Below, piece after piece: positions 1-12,674 of a stretch of 64,000 bases of DNA. The notes under the pieces were generated by a model that saw only the letters and a list, made by a program, of their open reading frames with translations, was not told where the DNA came from and did not search any database. The position numbers and the translations under genes are program-made. Source of the DNA: Octopus sinensis (taxonomy: Eukaryota); NCBI RefSeq assembly GCF_006345805.1, contig NC_043011.1, positions 18,488,464 through 18,552,463 of the forward strand, given 5' to 3'. The first letter of the stretch is position 1. Every line of letters begins with the position of its first letter.

Positions 1-2246
1 AATTTTATATTAAATATTTTCTCAAACTTTCAGGTAACATTATTTAGTGTGTTTGGATGCATCTGCGTGTGTTTGAACACAAATATGGATACATTTTTGC
101 GAGCGTCTGTGTAGGAATATGAATATATGTGTGTGTAGAAAATGGTAATGGACAAAAACACTGAAATGCAAATTAACTGTATATGATTATGAAAGCGAAA
201 TAATACTGGTGCTCAATGGATCACTAGAACGCATGAAAAGATTGTGAAAATGTTTACCAAGACGCTATCAATATCTATGCCCTACATATGATCGCCATAC
301 TTGACAATATTTCGTTCAACATATTCTTCATTCTTTAGATTTTGATTTCAATCCCGTTATTGTTTCACTTCTTCGGGTTTTAGAGGTGTTTCTTTGGAAA
401 TATATTGCAGTGTCTATAAGTGCTTCTCCTTGGTAACCTTGTTATATTACAATGAGTGCTGTCATTTAAGTGACATTCAACTTAGAGCGCTTCAGGCTTA
501 TCATCTGACCCTGGCGTTTGAAGATATCAAAGAAGTATAATTGTAACAACATAAGCCCGAATGATAACGGCAATTCGATTTTGACAATGTGAATTGGCTA
601 ATTATATATGGATGTTTAATATATTGATTTTCTTTTTAGGACAGCATAGTGATCGGATTTCATTTTGCATTTGTCATCAAGGCTTTCTATGGAGAATTTT
701 TCAAATATATTTGCTGCCACATATGCATCCGCTCGCTGTAGGATTTAAACTCCCTCTCCTTATCACATCCTACGTAAAAAAGGATGTGCTCGGCTTCCGT
801 ACTCATTGGAATCATGAGAACGTATGTTTATTGTAACCCATCGTAAGAATACATCAAGTGAATTTTATGACGGCAGTGATGCACATTCTTTTTTTTGCTT
901 TGAAGGAGATAACTCACATCAATTCGGTATTATATATTATGTCTCTGACAATACCAATTGCCTTATGCTTTCTTAATACTTCTGAGACCTGCATAATAAA
1001 GCACAATGATGTCTGGTTTTTAACCACAATTCCTTTCTATAAATATTTCCCCTCTCTGATTAACTAAGATAGTTCTTTAATTATCTGCCAGAGGTGCTTT
1101 TATGTATTCCTAGGATCAAACGGCAATATTCCTATGGACTTAGGGATGCACAGCTAATTTGCTCTCCGTCATCATTCATATGTGAGTAAAACGGATTTAA
1201 CCTGGCTCTTGTATAGTGTACATATACTGTTCATTATTCATTCAGCAATTTCTTCATACTGAAGGTTTCCCTTGTCGAGAAATCATATGCAAATAATTGC
1301 GCACCCTTATGTATATTAACGTGTGACGTAGTATGTGCAAGTATACAATATCTGCTTTGAAGTGTATTATCTCATATGCTGTCTTTGTAGCAGTAATATA
1401 TTGTTATTATTTTCTGTCCCTTTTGTGTTCGTATATTTCTTATTTATATTTTGCGGTTTGCCAGTTGTTTTGATTTACTTACTGTAATATTTCTCAGGCC
1501 TGAAGGTTAGAATACCAGCTCCGATTGTGACTTACATATTTACATGGTAAAATTAAGATGAATTGTTTCAAACATAAATTTGTTGCCTGAATCCAATAAA
1601 GGGAGAATTGTTTTTCCTTTCAGCTTTTTGTCTTCCAATAGTGATAGAGGAACATAAACTTAAAATACACTTAGGTGGTGTAAGATAGCCGTAACGTTCC
1701 TGCATACGCATTTCAAGATTTCTAAGACATGCTGTGACACTAAAACATGACAAGAGCTAAGAAAAATTTCAAATTCATGTACGATATGCTATTCTCATAA
1801 ATATATATATATATTAGCGGTCAAAGAACGTAAGTTAGGTATCAAAAATGAAATTGCATAAATGATGTATACTTATAGATATACTAATTATATCAGAGAA
1901 AACAACTTGCATAAGCGTTCGAGGGCAGCTGAGGTAGTATATAACGGGAAGTAGGAAGAAGAAAATAGTTGCAGTGACCGTCGAAGAAAGGTGTCTATTG
2001 GAAGATGTAGAAATACATTGCCAGTATGCCAGAAGTAAAGAAAAGAATCGAAGTCAGAAAATGGCTGTACTGAAATAATAGTACACACGATGTGTTGGCC
2101 GTAAAATTTAATCATACATATAACGCCTTTTAAGTTGTTAAATGTAAGCAAATGGGATGCTAATGATGATAATGATGATGGTTTAGAGATGATTAAAAAC
2201 ATGACAGCGATAGAAAAAAAGGAACATCTACTGCATCGAGAGCATA

Positions 2247-2273
2247 GCATTATTATTATTATTATTATTATTA

Positions 2274-2315
<42 letters not shown>

Positions 2316-2478
2316 CATTAATATTTTTTATTATTATTATTAACGTTATTATTATTATTATTATTATTTATTATTATTATTATTATTAACGTTATTATTA
2401 TTATTATTAATATTATTATTATTAGTAGTAGTAGTAGTAGTAGTAGTAGTATCATTATCGTCATTATTGTTATTATTA

Positions 2479-2530
<52 letters not shown>

Positions 2531-2531
2531 C
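2247..2531. repeat. (ATT)n/(AGT)n compound microsatellite
   Basis: Directly visible trinucleotide tract. Confidence 0.97.
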
Positions 2532-2599
2532 ACCGGTTGTTTTGATTTGCTTACTGTACTATTGATCAGGGCAACCTGAGGATAAAACTGACATAGGAG

Positions 2600-3660
2600 A
2601 TTATTGGAAACATGCAAATGCTTTTGTACACCTTTATGTCAAACGCAGTTACAGTGAATCACGATTAAAGGAAATAGCAAATGCGATAGCTAAGATTAGC
2701 AAAGAAAGTCAAACCTTCACGCATAATTTTAGCAAACACAATAAAATATTTGACAGAATTCCTTTAGTGATTAACTTCCACCGAAATTTTGCTGGCATTT
2801 CAAAAGTGTTGCATGGACTTTACCAGCATGTTACAAAGAATATCCTCGTTTCAAACAGATATTTCCCCAGTCGCTTTTAAACGAAATAAAACTATAAGAG
2901 AACTATTGACCTCTCTTTTCGACTCCAAGGAAACTAACTTTGGCGTATCTGCACACTGTAATTTGAAAAACAGCTGCCAGCGAAGTAAACCCTATTCATT
3001 CTGCAATAACATGAATCAAGTGAATTCTATCAGAAATTATAGCAGAAATGTTATGATTTATACAGAAGGTGGTACATGCAAAGATTCTCATTTGGTGTAC
3101 GCGGCAGAATGCACGAAATACAACTTGATTTAAGTTGGCTGTACAACAGAACAATTAAATGAAAGAGTTAATGGGTGCAGCTATTTTGCTTCAATCGGCT
3201 GCCATTTTGAAAATGACTTGAAAGTGCATATTCTCAGAAAATATTCTGAATTTGTTTCACTTTAAATACTGAAAATGTATGAGAAGAAATATGTTTACCG
3301 GTTAACATCACATCATCTATGAATGAATAAAAAACCAGTTTGATTAGATATTCTCCTTGGTTTCATTTTCTTTTCTCTTTCTGTTCTTTTTCTCTCTAAA
3401 TTTCTGTCTTGTTCTTTTCGTCAAATATAAAAATGAAACTTAGAGACTAATGATGTCATTCAGTTCACGTATGGATGCTGGTTGTCCTCATTCGTAAGAG
3501 ATTCGAATTTTTATAACTTTGATTTTTATCACTTTTATTTTGAACTAGACAAAGAAAATTCTGCTGTCGAAATATCGTTCAACCAATAAAATATCCACTG
3601 CGATGACATAGCTCTCTTCGTCGTGTTTGTTTAACTTTGTGAAAAGCTACGCAGATCCAT
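2600..3660 (+). mobile_element. Degenerate Penelope-like element: linker, GIY-YIG endonuclease remnant and 3' pLTR-like tail
   Basis: Translation across frameshifts gives RIPLVINFH...PVAFKRNKTIRELL...GGTCKDSHLVYAAECTKYNLI*VGCTTEQLNERVNG. This matches the PLE linker and GIY-YIG motif (VY..EC..C...YVG.T...L..R). Confidence 0.8.
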
Positions 3661-3667
3661 TAAAATA

Positions 3668-3822
<155 letters not shown>

Positions 3823-5567
3823 TATTCTATGTTCGACTTTTGCTTTATGTCTGTACAAGTTGGCTCCAAGTCTCACCCAGAGACCTCAAGAGACAGCAGG
3901 TTGGAAGTTCTGTGCCATATTTTTTGGGAGGGGGTCTTTTTCTATGGTGGTGTACAAGTGAATGTCTAATACATAAAAATAAAATTTTAAAAATAAATAA
4001 ATAAATAAATAAATAAAAGTTTGTTTTAAACCTTGGGATTTCATAGAGAGTATTTTGCGTAGGATATGAGCAGTTCCCATAAGCACTATCTTTTGAATTT
4101 CTGCCATTTTGCGGTTTCCTGATATCTGAGTTAGGTAGCAATCAGTCCCTTTCGCTATCATTCCCAGAGCACCTATGACAACAGGTATTGTTTTAGTTTT
4201 CAGCTTCCACATTTTGCTGATTTCTATTTCAAGATCTTTATATTTGCTCAGTTTTTGGTAGGTCTTGACAGATACGTTTATATCGATTGGGACAGTAATA
4301 TCAATGAGGAGGCATGTTCTTTGTCTGAAGTCTTTCAATATGATGTCTGGCCTATTTGCATCTATCTTCCTGTCAGTTTGAATGGTGAAATTCCAGAGGA
4401 GTGAGATGTGGTCATTTTCAAGCACTGGAGGTGGATTGTGTTCCCACCAGTTTTTTCATGGGGCAAATCCAGGTTTTTGCAAATTACCCAGTGAATATAT
4501 TGTGCAGCTCTATCATGGCTGTTGAGGTACTCTGTAGGCGCTAGAAGACTGCATTTGGAGACAACATGATCAATGGTTTCAATTTGTTGTCGGCATACAC
4601 GACATGTTGGGCTACTGCCGTTCTTTAATATGTTGGCCTGGTAGTTTCTTGTTGGTAGGCATTGATCTTGAGGTGCTATGATAAACCCCTCTGTTTCAGA
4701 TTTTAAGCCAGAGGTCATTAGCCATTGATGGGTCAGGGCTTTGTCGATATCTGCATTATTCGCTCTCTTTGGGTATTTGCCATAGAGAGGTTTTTCTTGC
4801 CATTTATTATTCAGAATATCTAAGGCCGCAGTTTTGGCGCGGGTTTTCATGCGCCTAGCTTTTTCTGTGCTTGTTTCTTGTATGTCTATCTCTAATGCCG
4901 AAATTTGTTGTATTCGGAATTCACTTAGATATTCCTTTGCCTGTTTTGTTACTGAGTATGATACTTTCTTGTTTTCATGTTTTGAGACAAGTTTTAACAT
5001 CCAGTCCTCAGAGTTTTTCAGGTAGGTGTCTAGGCCAATTGTAGCAATCTTCATTGTTATTGCCAGTTGCAAAAGACCACGGCCTCCCTCTTTTCTTGGC
5101 AGATAGAGTCGTTCTGTATCTGCCTTAGGGTGGTGCATTCTCTGCATTGTCAACAGTTTCCTTATTTTTCTGTCGAGCTGACATATTTCAGTAGTTGACC
5201 AGTTAACAATATTGAAACTGTAAGTCACGAATGGTTTGGCTAATGCATTGATCGCTTCGATCCTGTTTCTTGCATTCAGCTCTGTCTTGAGCATTGCTCT
5301 CACTCTTCGATAGCAGTCTCTCCTGTTCCTTTCCTTCATCTCTGAATGCCTTATTCCGTTCCCTTCAATTACCCCTAGGTACTTGTAGCTCTCCGCTGGG
5401 TCTAGTTCTTTTATGACATTCTGCTGGTCAAGGTTAACGTTAGATGTTTCTGTCATTTTTCCTTTGATAAAGGTAGCTTTTGCACATTTATCGAGGCCGA
5501 ATTGCATTCTGATGTCGTCACTGAATTGTTTGACTATCGCTAGTAAGCCCTTGAGTTTTTGGTCATA
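3823..5567 (-). mobile_element. 5'-truncated R4/Dong-like non-LTR retrotransposon (RT C-terminus, zinc finger, restriction-like endonuclease)
   Basis: ORF 4362..5507 has FGLDKC, YKYLG, MHHPKAD..RLYLPRKEGGRGL and CRVC...ETIDHVVSKC. ORF 3886..4425 has WNFTIQTDRKIDANRPDII...LID...KYKDL...VIGALG...GTAHILRK. One frameshift near 4450. Both ends abut TAA-type repeats. Confidence 0.95.
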
Positions 5568-5592
5568 ATTATTATTATTATTATTATTATTA

Positions 5593-5639
<47 letters not shown>

Positions 5640-5651
5640 TATTATTATTAA

Positions 5652-5685
<34 letters not shown>

Positions 5686-5705
5686 TATTATTATTATTAT
5701 TATTA

Positions 5706-5737
<32 letters not shown>

Positions 5738-5738
5738 G
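5568..5738. repeat. (ATT)n microsatellite
   Basis: Directly visible. Confidence 0.97.
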
Positions 5739-5839
5739 ATATTTCTTTATATCACCTGTTCTGTTGGAACTCCCGACGTCTTCCATGCATAATAAGCTTG
5801 CTACGTGCTGACTACGGCGCAATTATATCCGTTCTTTTC

Positions 5840-6520
5840 AGCTTTTTTAATACTTTCCTTTTTAATCTGGTCGTGCCAACGAGGCAAACCTTATGTAACA
5901 GTTCTACTGGGCACTCTAATCTAATTTCCATTATAATCTTGATGCCTTCTGATACTGTCCCCAAGGAAACCAACAATATTTGGCACTATCTTCACCTCCT
6001 TCAGTTTCCATAGCCGGGCCATTTCTTACTTAAGAAGGGTGTATTTATCTATCTTTCCGCCTTCCTTCTAGTCTATTCGTGAGTTAAAGGGGCATGCAAA
6101 ATCGACTGTACAGCACATGTGGTACATCTTGTCGACCACCGCAAGGTGCGGGCTGTTATGCTGTAGCAGCTGATCTGTGTGGATCGGGAAATCCCAGAAG
6201 CTTCCCACGTCTCGTTTCTCCGCAGCTACCACTTTTCGCACAGTTTCCAGCGTAGCGCTTTCGTGTCACGCTGAGCTGTATCGCTTGTGATATGGGCATT
6301 GGTTTCATCCACTTTATTACAGATGTAACACAGCGGAGATACTTGCTCATTCCAAAGGTTTGTTTTGCGCTGCCATCATAATAATCTCGGTCTCTTTTTT
6401 TAGTGCTCATTTCTTCTGCAGCAACTTCTTTTGTGGCTACATGGAATTTATTGTGTAGGCCTTCGTCAAGTAATTTTTCATCATGTTCTTTTTTACTTCT
6501 TTCTGTGTTTATGATTAGCA
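5840..6520 (-). mobile_element. Older, divergent RLE-type (R4/Dong-like) LINE 3' remnant, second family
   Basis: Minus-strand fragments LKKETEIIMMAAQNK, LCYICNKVDETNAHITS, WDFPIHTDQLLQHNSPHLAVVDK, VDFACPF, KIDKY..LK.EMARLWKLKEVKIVP and LLHKVCLVGTTRLKRKVL, with stops and frameshifts. Confidence 0.85.
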
Positions 6521-6566
6521 TTTTCTTCTTCTTCTTATTCTTCTTCTTCTTCTTCTCTTCTTCTTC

Positions 6567-6622
<56 letters not shown>

Positions 6623-7176
6623 GAGTGAGAGAGCAGTGCATGCCATCAAAGTGACACTGGGGTAAAATATACGAAGCCCAGTATACCCATCATGACTACC
6701 CGTCTGATAAGGGTACACCAGGCTAATGCATCACAACCATATGTGCGCGACATGGGGATCTCATATCAAGATAAACAGCACATGACCTTGCAGGTGGGGC
6801 CCACTTAGAATTTTCTTCAGGTCGAGTAACCCATCCTGCTCAAAAGGTCCCTGAATAAGGATTGTTTAAGGATGATGAACGAAACACCTATGTTTCCAGA
6901 GATGAATCATTCAGACCCCAAAGAATCCCTCTCAACACACGGCTATGATGCTCCCCCACTACTTCTGCTCGTGATCAGAGATGCACATATCATCAGCCAG
7001 TAAGGGACATGCTCGACTGGTTAAGGTCAAACAACTGACAAGCAAATCTGTGGTATTGAGCAGAATATTTGCTGTAGCCCATCTTTTATACCAAGACAAA
7101 ACAATGTACATGATAACATTTCTAATCAGTTAAGATCAGAAGCAATGAGAGCCACTGCCTGGTACTGCATCAGGGC

Positions 7177-7180
<4 letters not shown>
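6623..7180 (-). mobile_element. ~555-bp non-coding interspersed element in a (TAA)n tract, full-length copy
   Basis: Highly similar to 49787-50340. TTA repeats flank both sides, and the minus strand ends ...CTCTCTCACTC(AAT)n. Confidence 0.85.
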
Positions 7181-7255
<75 letters not shown>

Positions 7256-7258
<3 letters not shown>

Positions 7259-7420
7259 TAGTTTTATTTTTATAGCGTGCTTTCACTTCACTACCGAGCG
7301 CAGCTCTGTGTGCCTTGGGTATGTGCTGTGATTTGTTTTGATGCTCTGATGGTTATTGTATGGAAAGTGCTCTGCGTAGGATGTGTGCAGTGCCTAGTAG
7401 TGCAATTTTCTTTATGATAT
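7256..7420 (-). mobile_element. Extreme 3' end of a Dong-like LINE
   Basis: KKIALLGTAHILRRALSIQ* followed by a 3' UTR (CCAAGGCACACAGAGCTGCGCTCGGTAGT) ending in (AAT)n. The same UTR motif occurs at about 8470-8500 on the plus strand. Confidence 0.85.
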
Positions 7421-7472
7421 ATTATTATATATTATCATTATTACTATTATTATTATTATTATTATTATTATT

Positions 7473-7790
7473 GAGTAAGAGAGCAGTGCATGCCATCAAA
7501 GTGACATTGGGGTAAAATATACGAAGCCCAGAATACCCATCGTGACTACCCGTCTGATAAGGGTACACCAGGCACATGCATCACAACCATATGGGCACGA
7601 CATGGGGATCTCATATCAAGATAAACAGCACATGAACTTGCAGGTGGAGCCCTGTTAGAATTTTCTTCTGGTCGAGTAGTCCATCCACTCAACCCCAAAA
7701 GATTTCTCTCGCAACATGACTATGATGTTCCAGTAGCATTTCTGCTTGTGATTAGAGTTGCATATATTGTCATCCATTAAAGGACATGCT
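7473..7790 (-). mobile_element. Truncated, internally deleted copy of the ~555-bp element
   Basis: Starts GAGTAAGAGAGCAGTGCATGCC after (TTA)n, is collinear with 6623-7010, and has an internal deletion. Confidence 0.85.
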
Positions 7791-8234
7791 ATTTATTTTG
7801 AGGTTTTGTTACTAGTCCGCTCAAATCTAAAGAACAATTTCTAGGATTTTTGCAGAATACAGAATGATATCTTGCATCATGAGCGCAAAGCAAATCTCAC
7901 ATCGAATAACTTTCAGCATTTTATATAGTGTCGTGTGTGTTGTGCCAACGCACAAGTTACTAGAGTTATAATTGCAGTTATAATCCTGCTAAATATCATT
8001 TAAAGAAATTCTCTTGTATCAACTCTTTTAATATACGGATATAGTCCCTGATCTTGCCTTGATTGAGTATTTTGTCTCTATAACCATATCAATAATCTTC
8101 CTACAGTAGTATCCTAGCTTTTATGCGGATATTCCATATGACTCTGTAATTCACATTCGAAGTCACGTACTCCCGCTTGTGTTCGTACCACTTTCCTAAT
8201 TCAGAACTGCACGCTCGGCTAACATCACAAGCTA

Positions 8235-8560
8235 TCTCTAAAACAAACGGAGAAAACTTGAATTTAGCGCCTAAATACAGAAACAGTCCCTGTAATTAGA
8301 GATGCATTAGGCACGGTTAAAAAATATACAGACAATTACATAACCGAAGCATCAGGACTTACGGATATATATAACATAAAAAACAGCACCACTAGGAATC
8401 GCAAAATTCCTAGTTACAGGATGGATTCTCAACACAGTCAAAACAACAGCAAAACCAAACAAATCACACTACCAAGGCACACAGAGCTGCGCTCGGTAGT
8501 ACAGTGCAAGCGCGTGATGAAAATAAGTTTGGTGAATAATAAAACTAATAATAATGACAA
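8235..8560 (+). mobile_element. Degenerate Dong-like LINE 3' end
   Basis: TETVPVIRDALGTVKKYTDNYITEASGLTDIYNIK, then the same 3' UTR motif as 7256-7420 and an AAT-rich tail. Confidence 0.75.
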
Positions 8561-9289
8561 TAACATTAATAATAGTAATAACTGGTCCAATGTAAAAGCA
8601 TATAATGCCAAAATGTTCGGATCACATTTGATGACTAGAGTCTTCTGAGATTTTAAAAATAATTTTGTATATTATATTATTTACATATACTCATATATGA
8701 ACGGATGGACCATCTGAAATTTATCGATGCTAGCATATGCTATTTTTGTTGCACATTAATAGAAAAAATATTAAAACCAACATATATGCATACAATATAT
8801 AACATAAATTTTTCTCGACACATGAACTATCGTGTTTCATAATAAACTTTAACCTGGCTACCAAAAAAAGCGAGGAAATTCAACGATAAAATCAAAACAA
8901 TACGTGAAGAAACTTTCTTCAAAGACAAATTATAAAGCGACAGAAAGCACATACAAACATAAAGCGAGAGTCTCATAAATATATATAAACACCACCCCCA
9001 ACACACACATACATAACGCCATACCGACACGAACATAAAACATTAAAATTGGCACCTACACCAATATTTTCATCAACGGCATATGACAAAGTCTGATGTA
9101 TATAGAGCAATGCGTGTGCACGCACAAATACAAACATTTATCTAAATGCATACAAATGCGCGCATACAAACACACCCACACACATTTATATATATATATA
9201 TATATATGTATAAATATTAATATATAAATATGTATGTGCATATATGTATATGCATATATATATATATTATATATAAAATATTCTAAAAA

Positions 9290-9455
9290 ATTTGTAAAAT
9301 ATTTATTACCCTGATATTGTGAGGTATACTTGCCATCTCAATATGGCTAACCACTAAGGGTTATTGAGATGGCAAGAATACCTGACATTTTCGTGCAGTT
9401 ACTGTTTATACCTCGTTCAGAGATTTATTATCACCCTGATATTATTAATTCGATA
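9290..9455. mobile_element. Fragment of hammerhead-bearing family H2 with a local inversion (hairpin 9322-9383)
   Basis: CTTGCCATCTCAATA (9329-9343) and TATTGAGATGGCAAG (9362-9376) are perfect inverted arms. Similar to 30245-30325 and to the reverse complement of 41986-42066. Confidence 0.7.
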
Positions 9456-9572
9456 TATTATATATATATATATATATATATAAATAGACCTTACACACAT
9501 ACACACACGCATATATATATATATATGTATAAATATTAATATATAAATATGTATGTGCATATATGTATATGC

Positions 9573-9609
<37 letters not shown>

Positions 9610-9697
9610 TATAATATATATATATATGTATATATATGGATGCACGCAGAGATTTGCACAAGTAATACCTCACACCCACACACAGAGAATATATATA

Positions 9698-9790
<93 letters not shown>
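9455..9790. repeat. (TA)n-rich microsatellite region
   Basis: Directly visible. Confidence 0.95.
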
Positions 9791-9791
<1 letters not shown>

Positions 9792-11454
9792 GATGTATAC
9801 ATATATGTATATGGATATATGTGTATATGTCTATGTCTGTGCTTTTGTTTATGCATGTGTGTGGAGTAAGTGTGTGTGTGTTTTGTGTGTGCATGTGTGC
9901 GTGCGTGTATTAGCGTGCGTGTATTAGCGTGCGCGAGCGGGAGGTGCATGTATGTGAAATACATAGTGCAATATAAATATTCCGATATTTCTCACAATTA
10001 ATTCTGGTACTTTTTAAAACTAGTTATTTAGTTTTCATATGATTACCTTGTATTTGAAACCACATAATGTCACTCAGAGAATTTAAATGAGTTGCTCTTA
10101 ACCGCATTATACCTTTACTCTTGTTCGTATAAAGTATTATATTGTTTGAGATCATTCTGAACCCCGATGAGAGAAAGGAATTTTATTCTGTGTCACCATT
10201 AAAATTGAGTGAAGAATTGTCATTGAACTTCGGAAATTACGGATGTGACATTGTAGTATGTTTTAACACTGGCTGCAATCTAGTAAAACGTCCTCTTGAC
10301 AATGTGTGGCTACGTGTGAAAAATATTACATGAAATAGTATCTGATGTAAGTTTGAAATATTTGAGGACTACACGTTGTAGTCCTCAAATAGTTCAATAC
10401 ATACAAATCTTGGCACTCAAATTCTACATTCATATATTTGTTGTGTTTCTGCTGTAAAACCGGTTAGCTACGCTTTCTATCTATTAGACTTCGGAAATAT
10501 AGCACTGTGTATTTCAAATCTAGCAACAATGGACTTCCATAGAATATTCATCTTTAATATGATGGTATGACACCATACCAAGCGATCGATTGGCGTCTCA
10601 TTTAAGAGTAATGTAATTGTAGAATTATTTTAAAAATCAGGCTGGAAAATAAATGAATTTGTAATAAACCTTTCCTCTTTCATCTTTTGACCAGTTCAAT
10701 ATCAAATAAACAGCTAAAAGTATAATAAAGCTGGAAATATGCATCAGCTATTCGTTGATATGCTAATGCTGTAATGGGAAAATTATGAAGGAAAATTGCA
10801 CAAAACTTTGGATAAAAAATGCCGGATTATGTATGGAATATAATTTGAATCACTGATTAACGTTACTGGTTATTATTAATAATTTTCTCTGAAATTATGT
10901 TAGTTTATTTTTTTCAGTGGGGAATTTTAATTATATTATTGTTCAGCCATACAGACATTAAAGAAGATAAAATAAAACACGTTAAACATAATTTAATATC
11001 AGCTGGTTCGGCAAAAGAGTAAATTTACTTTAAGATATCAATTTATCAGGGATAATTTTTTTTTATGAAATATGCCAAACGCCCTACATTATCATTAGTA
11101 ACACTCCGTCAAAAATTCTTGAGAAGTCTTAAAAGTAAAATATCGATAATAACTAAAACAAAATTATCATCAAAATCCCTTAAACTGTACAAAACAATTT
11201 TTAATGTTGGGTGATATTGCAATTGAATAAAAGAATTTTAATGCCAGAAAAAGAGAAAAACAATAAATAGTTTGACATTCTTTTCTCCACGCAAATTTTG
11301 TTTAATGTCCTTCCTTATAGTTGGCGTTGTACTTTGAGCTATGGACTAATCCTTTCTTTCCACTTGTTTTATTTTATTTATGTTTTAACTCATATTTTCA
11401 GCTATTGTAATAACAATATAGGTGCGTGTTTATGTACAAAAACAGGCGCAAACC

Positions 11455-11579
11455 CACTCACACACACAAACACACACGCACACACGCACGCGCACATATA
11501 CTCATACATATATATTTACATATATATATACATGCATACATATATATGCATATATATATATACATATATATATATATAC

Positions 11580-11638
<59 letters not shown>

Positions 11639-11645
11639 ATACGTA
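11455..11645. repeat. (CA)n/(TA)n microsatellite
   Basis: Directly visible. Confidence 0.95.
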
Positions 11646-12114
11646 TATACAAACATGCGTATATACAAACGTGCGTATATGGGCATAAACACAAACACTT
11701 ATATGTGTATGTATGCGTATATGTCTGTGCATGAATGTATATACAGCAATTTATTATGACAGTAACACGAGAAAATGAAGAAGCCTGAACCTCATTAAAC
11801 TGAGTTGATGCATTCGGAAATGTATTATGTCTATTATCTTTCAAATTCGATGCCACAGCAACGATAGGAAGATAATTTTCCTTTGAAAAGAATGACAGAA
11901 TTGTTTTCTTCAATCTTATCTGGATAATAATTACTATATCATAAAATGAAATCATCATCCTCGTTGACTTCATTGTCATCATCCTCATTATCCTCATCAT
12001 CATCATCAATATCATCATCTTCATCATCATCAGCGTCAAATTCTTGTTATTATTCAAATTTTAGCTCCTGTGGAAAAAAGCCTACAGCAGAATTTGAAAG
12101 TAAAGGAGCAGAAG

Positions 12115-12674
12115 GTGAAATGTGGTCATTTTCAAGCACTGGAGGTGGTTTGTGTTCCCACCAGTTTTTTTCATGGGGCAAGTCCAGGGGGTTGCGAATT
12201 ACCCAGTGAATATATTGTGCAGGTCTATCATGCCCGTTGAGATATTCTGTAGGCGCTAGAAGACTGCACTTGGAGACGACATGAACAATGGTTTCATTTT
12301 GTTGTTGACATGCATGACATGTTGGATTACTGCCGTTCTTTAATATGTTGGCCTGGTAGTTCCTAGTAGATAAGCATTGATCTTGAGCTGCTATGATAAA
12401 CCCATCTGCTTCAGATTTTAAGCAAGAAGGCATTAGCCATTGATGGGTCAGGGCTTTGTCAACATCGGTATTATTCGCTCTCTTTGGGTATTTGCCATTG
12501 AGAGGTTTTGCTTGCCATTTATCAATCAGAATATCTAAAGCAGCAGTTTGAGCACGAGTTTTCATGCGCCTAGCTTTTTCTGCGATTGTTTCTTGTATGT
12601 CTAATTCCGAAATTTGTTGTATTCGGAATTCACTTAGATATTCCTTTGCCTGTTTTGTTACTGACTATGATGCT
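12115..12674 (-). mobile_element. Internal fragment of the same Dong-like family as 3823-5567
   Basis: Collinear with about 4402-4965. ORF 12050..12565 reads KWQAKPLNGKY...FIIAAQDQ...CHAC...HVVSKC...WWEHKPPPVLENDHIS. Confidence 0.93.

Noticed and set aside
594-1067. Short ORFs in unique sequence
   Set aside because: No recognisable domain or supported splice structure.
6960-7010. CTGAYGA on the minus strand of the ~555-bp element as a hammerhead
   Set aside because: It is followed by GAAG rather than GAAA, with no convincing stems I or III.
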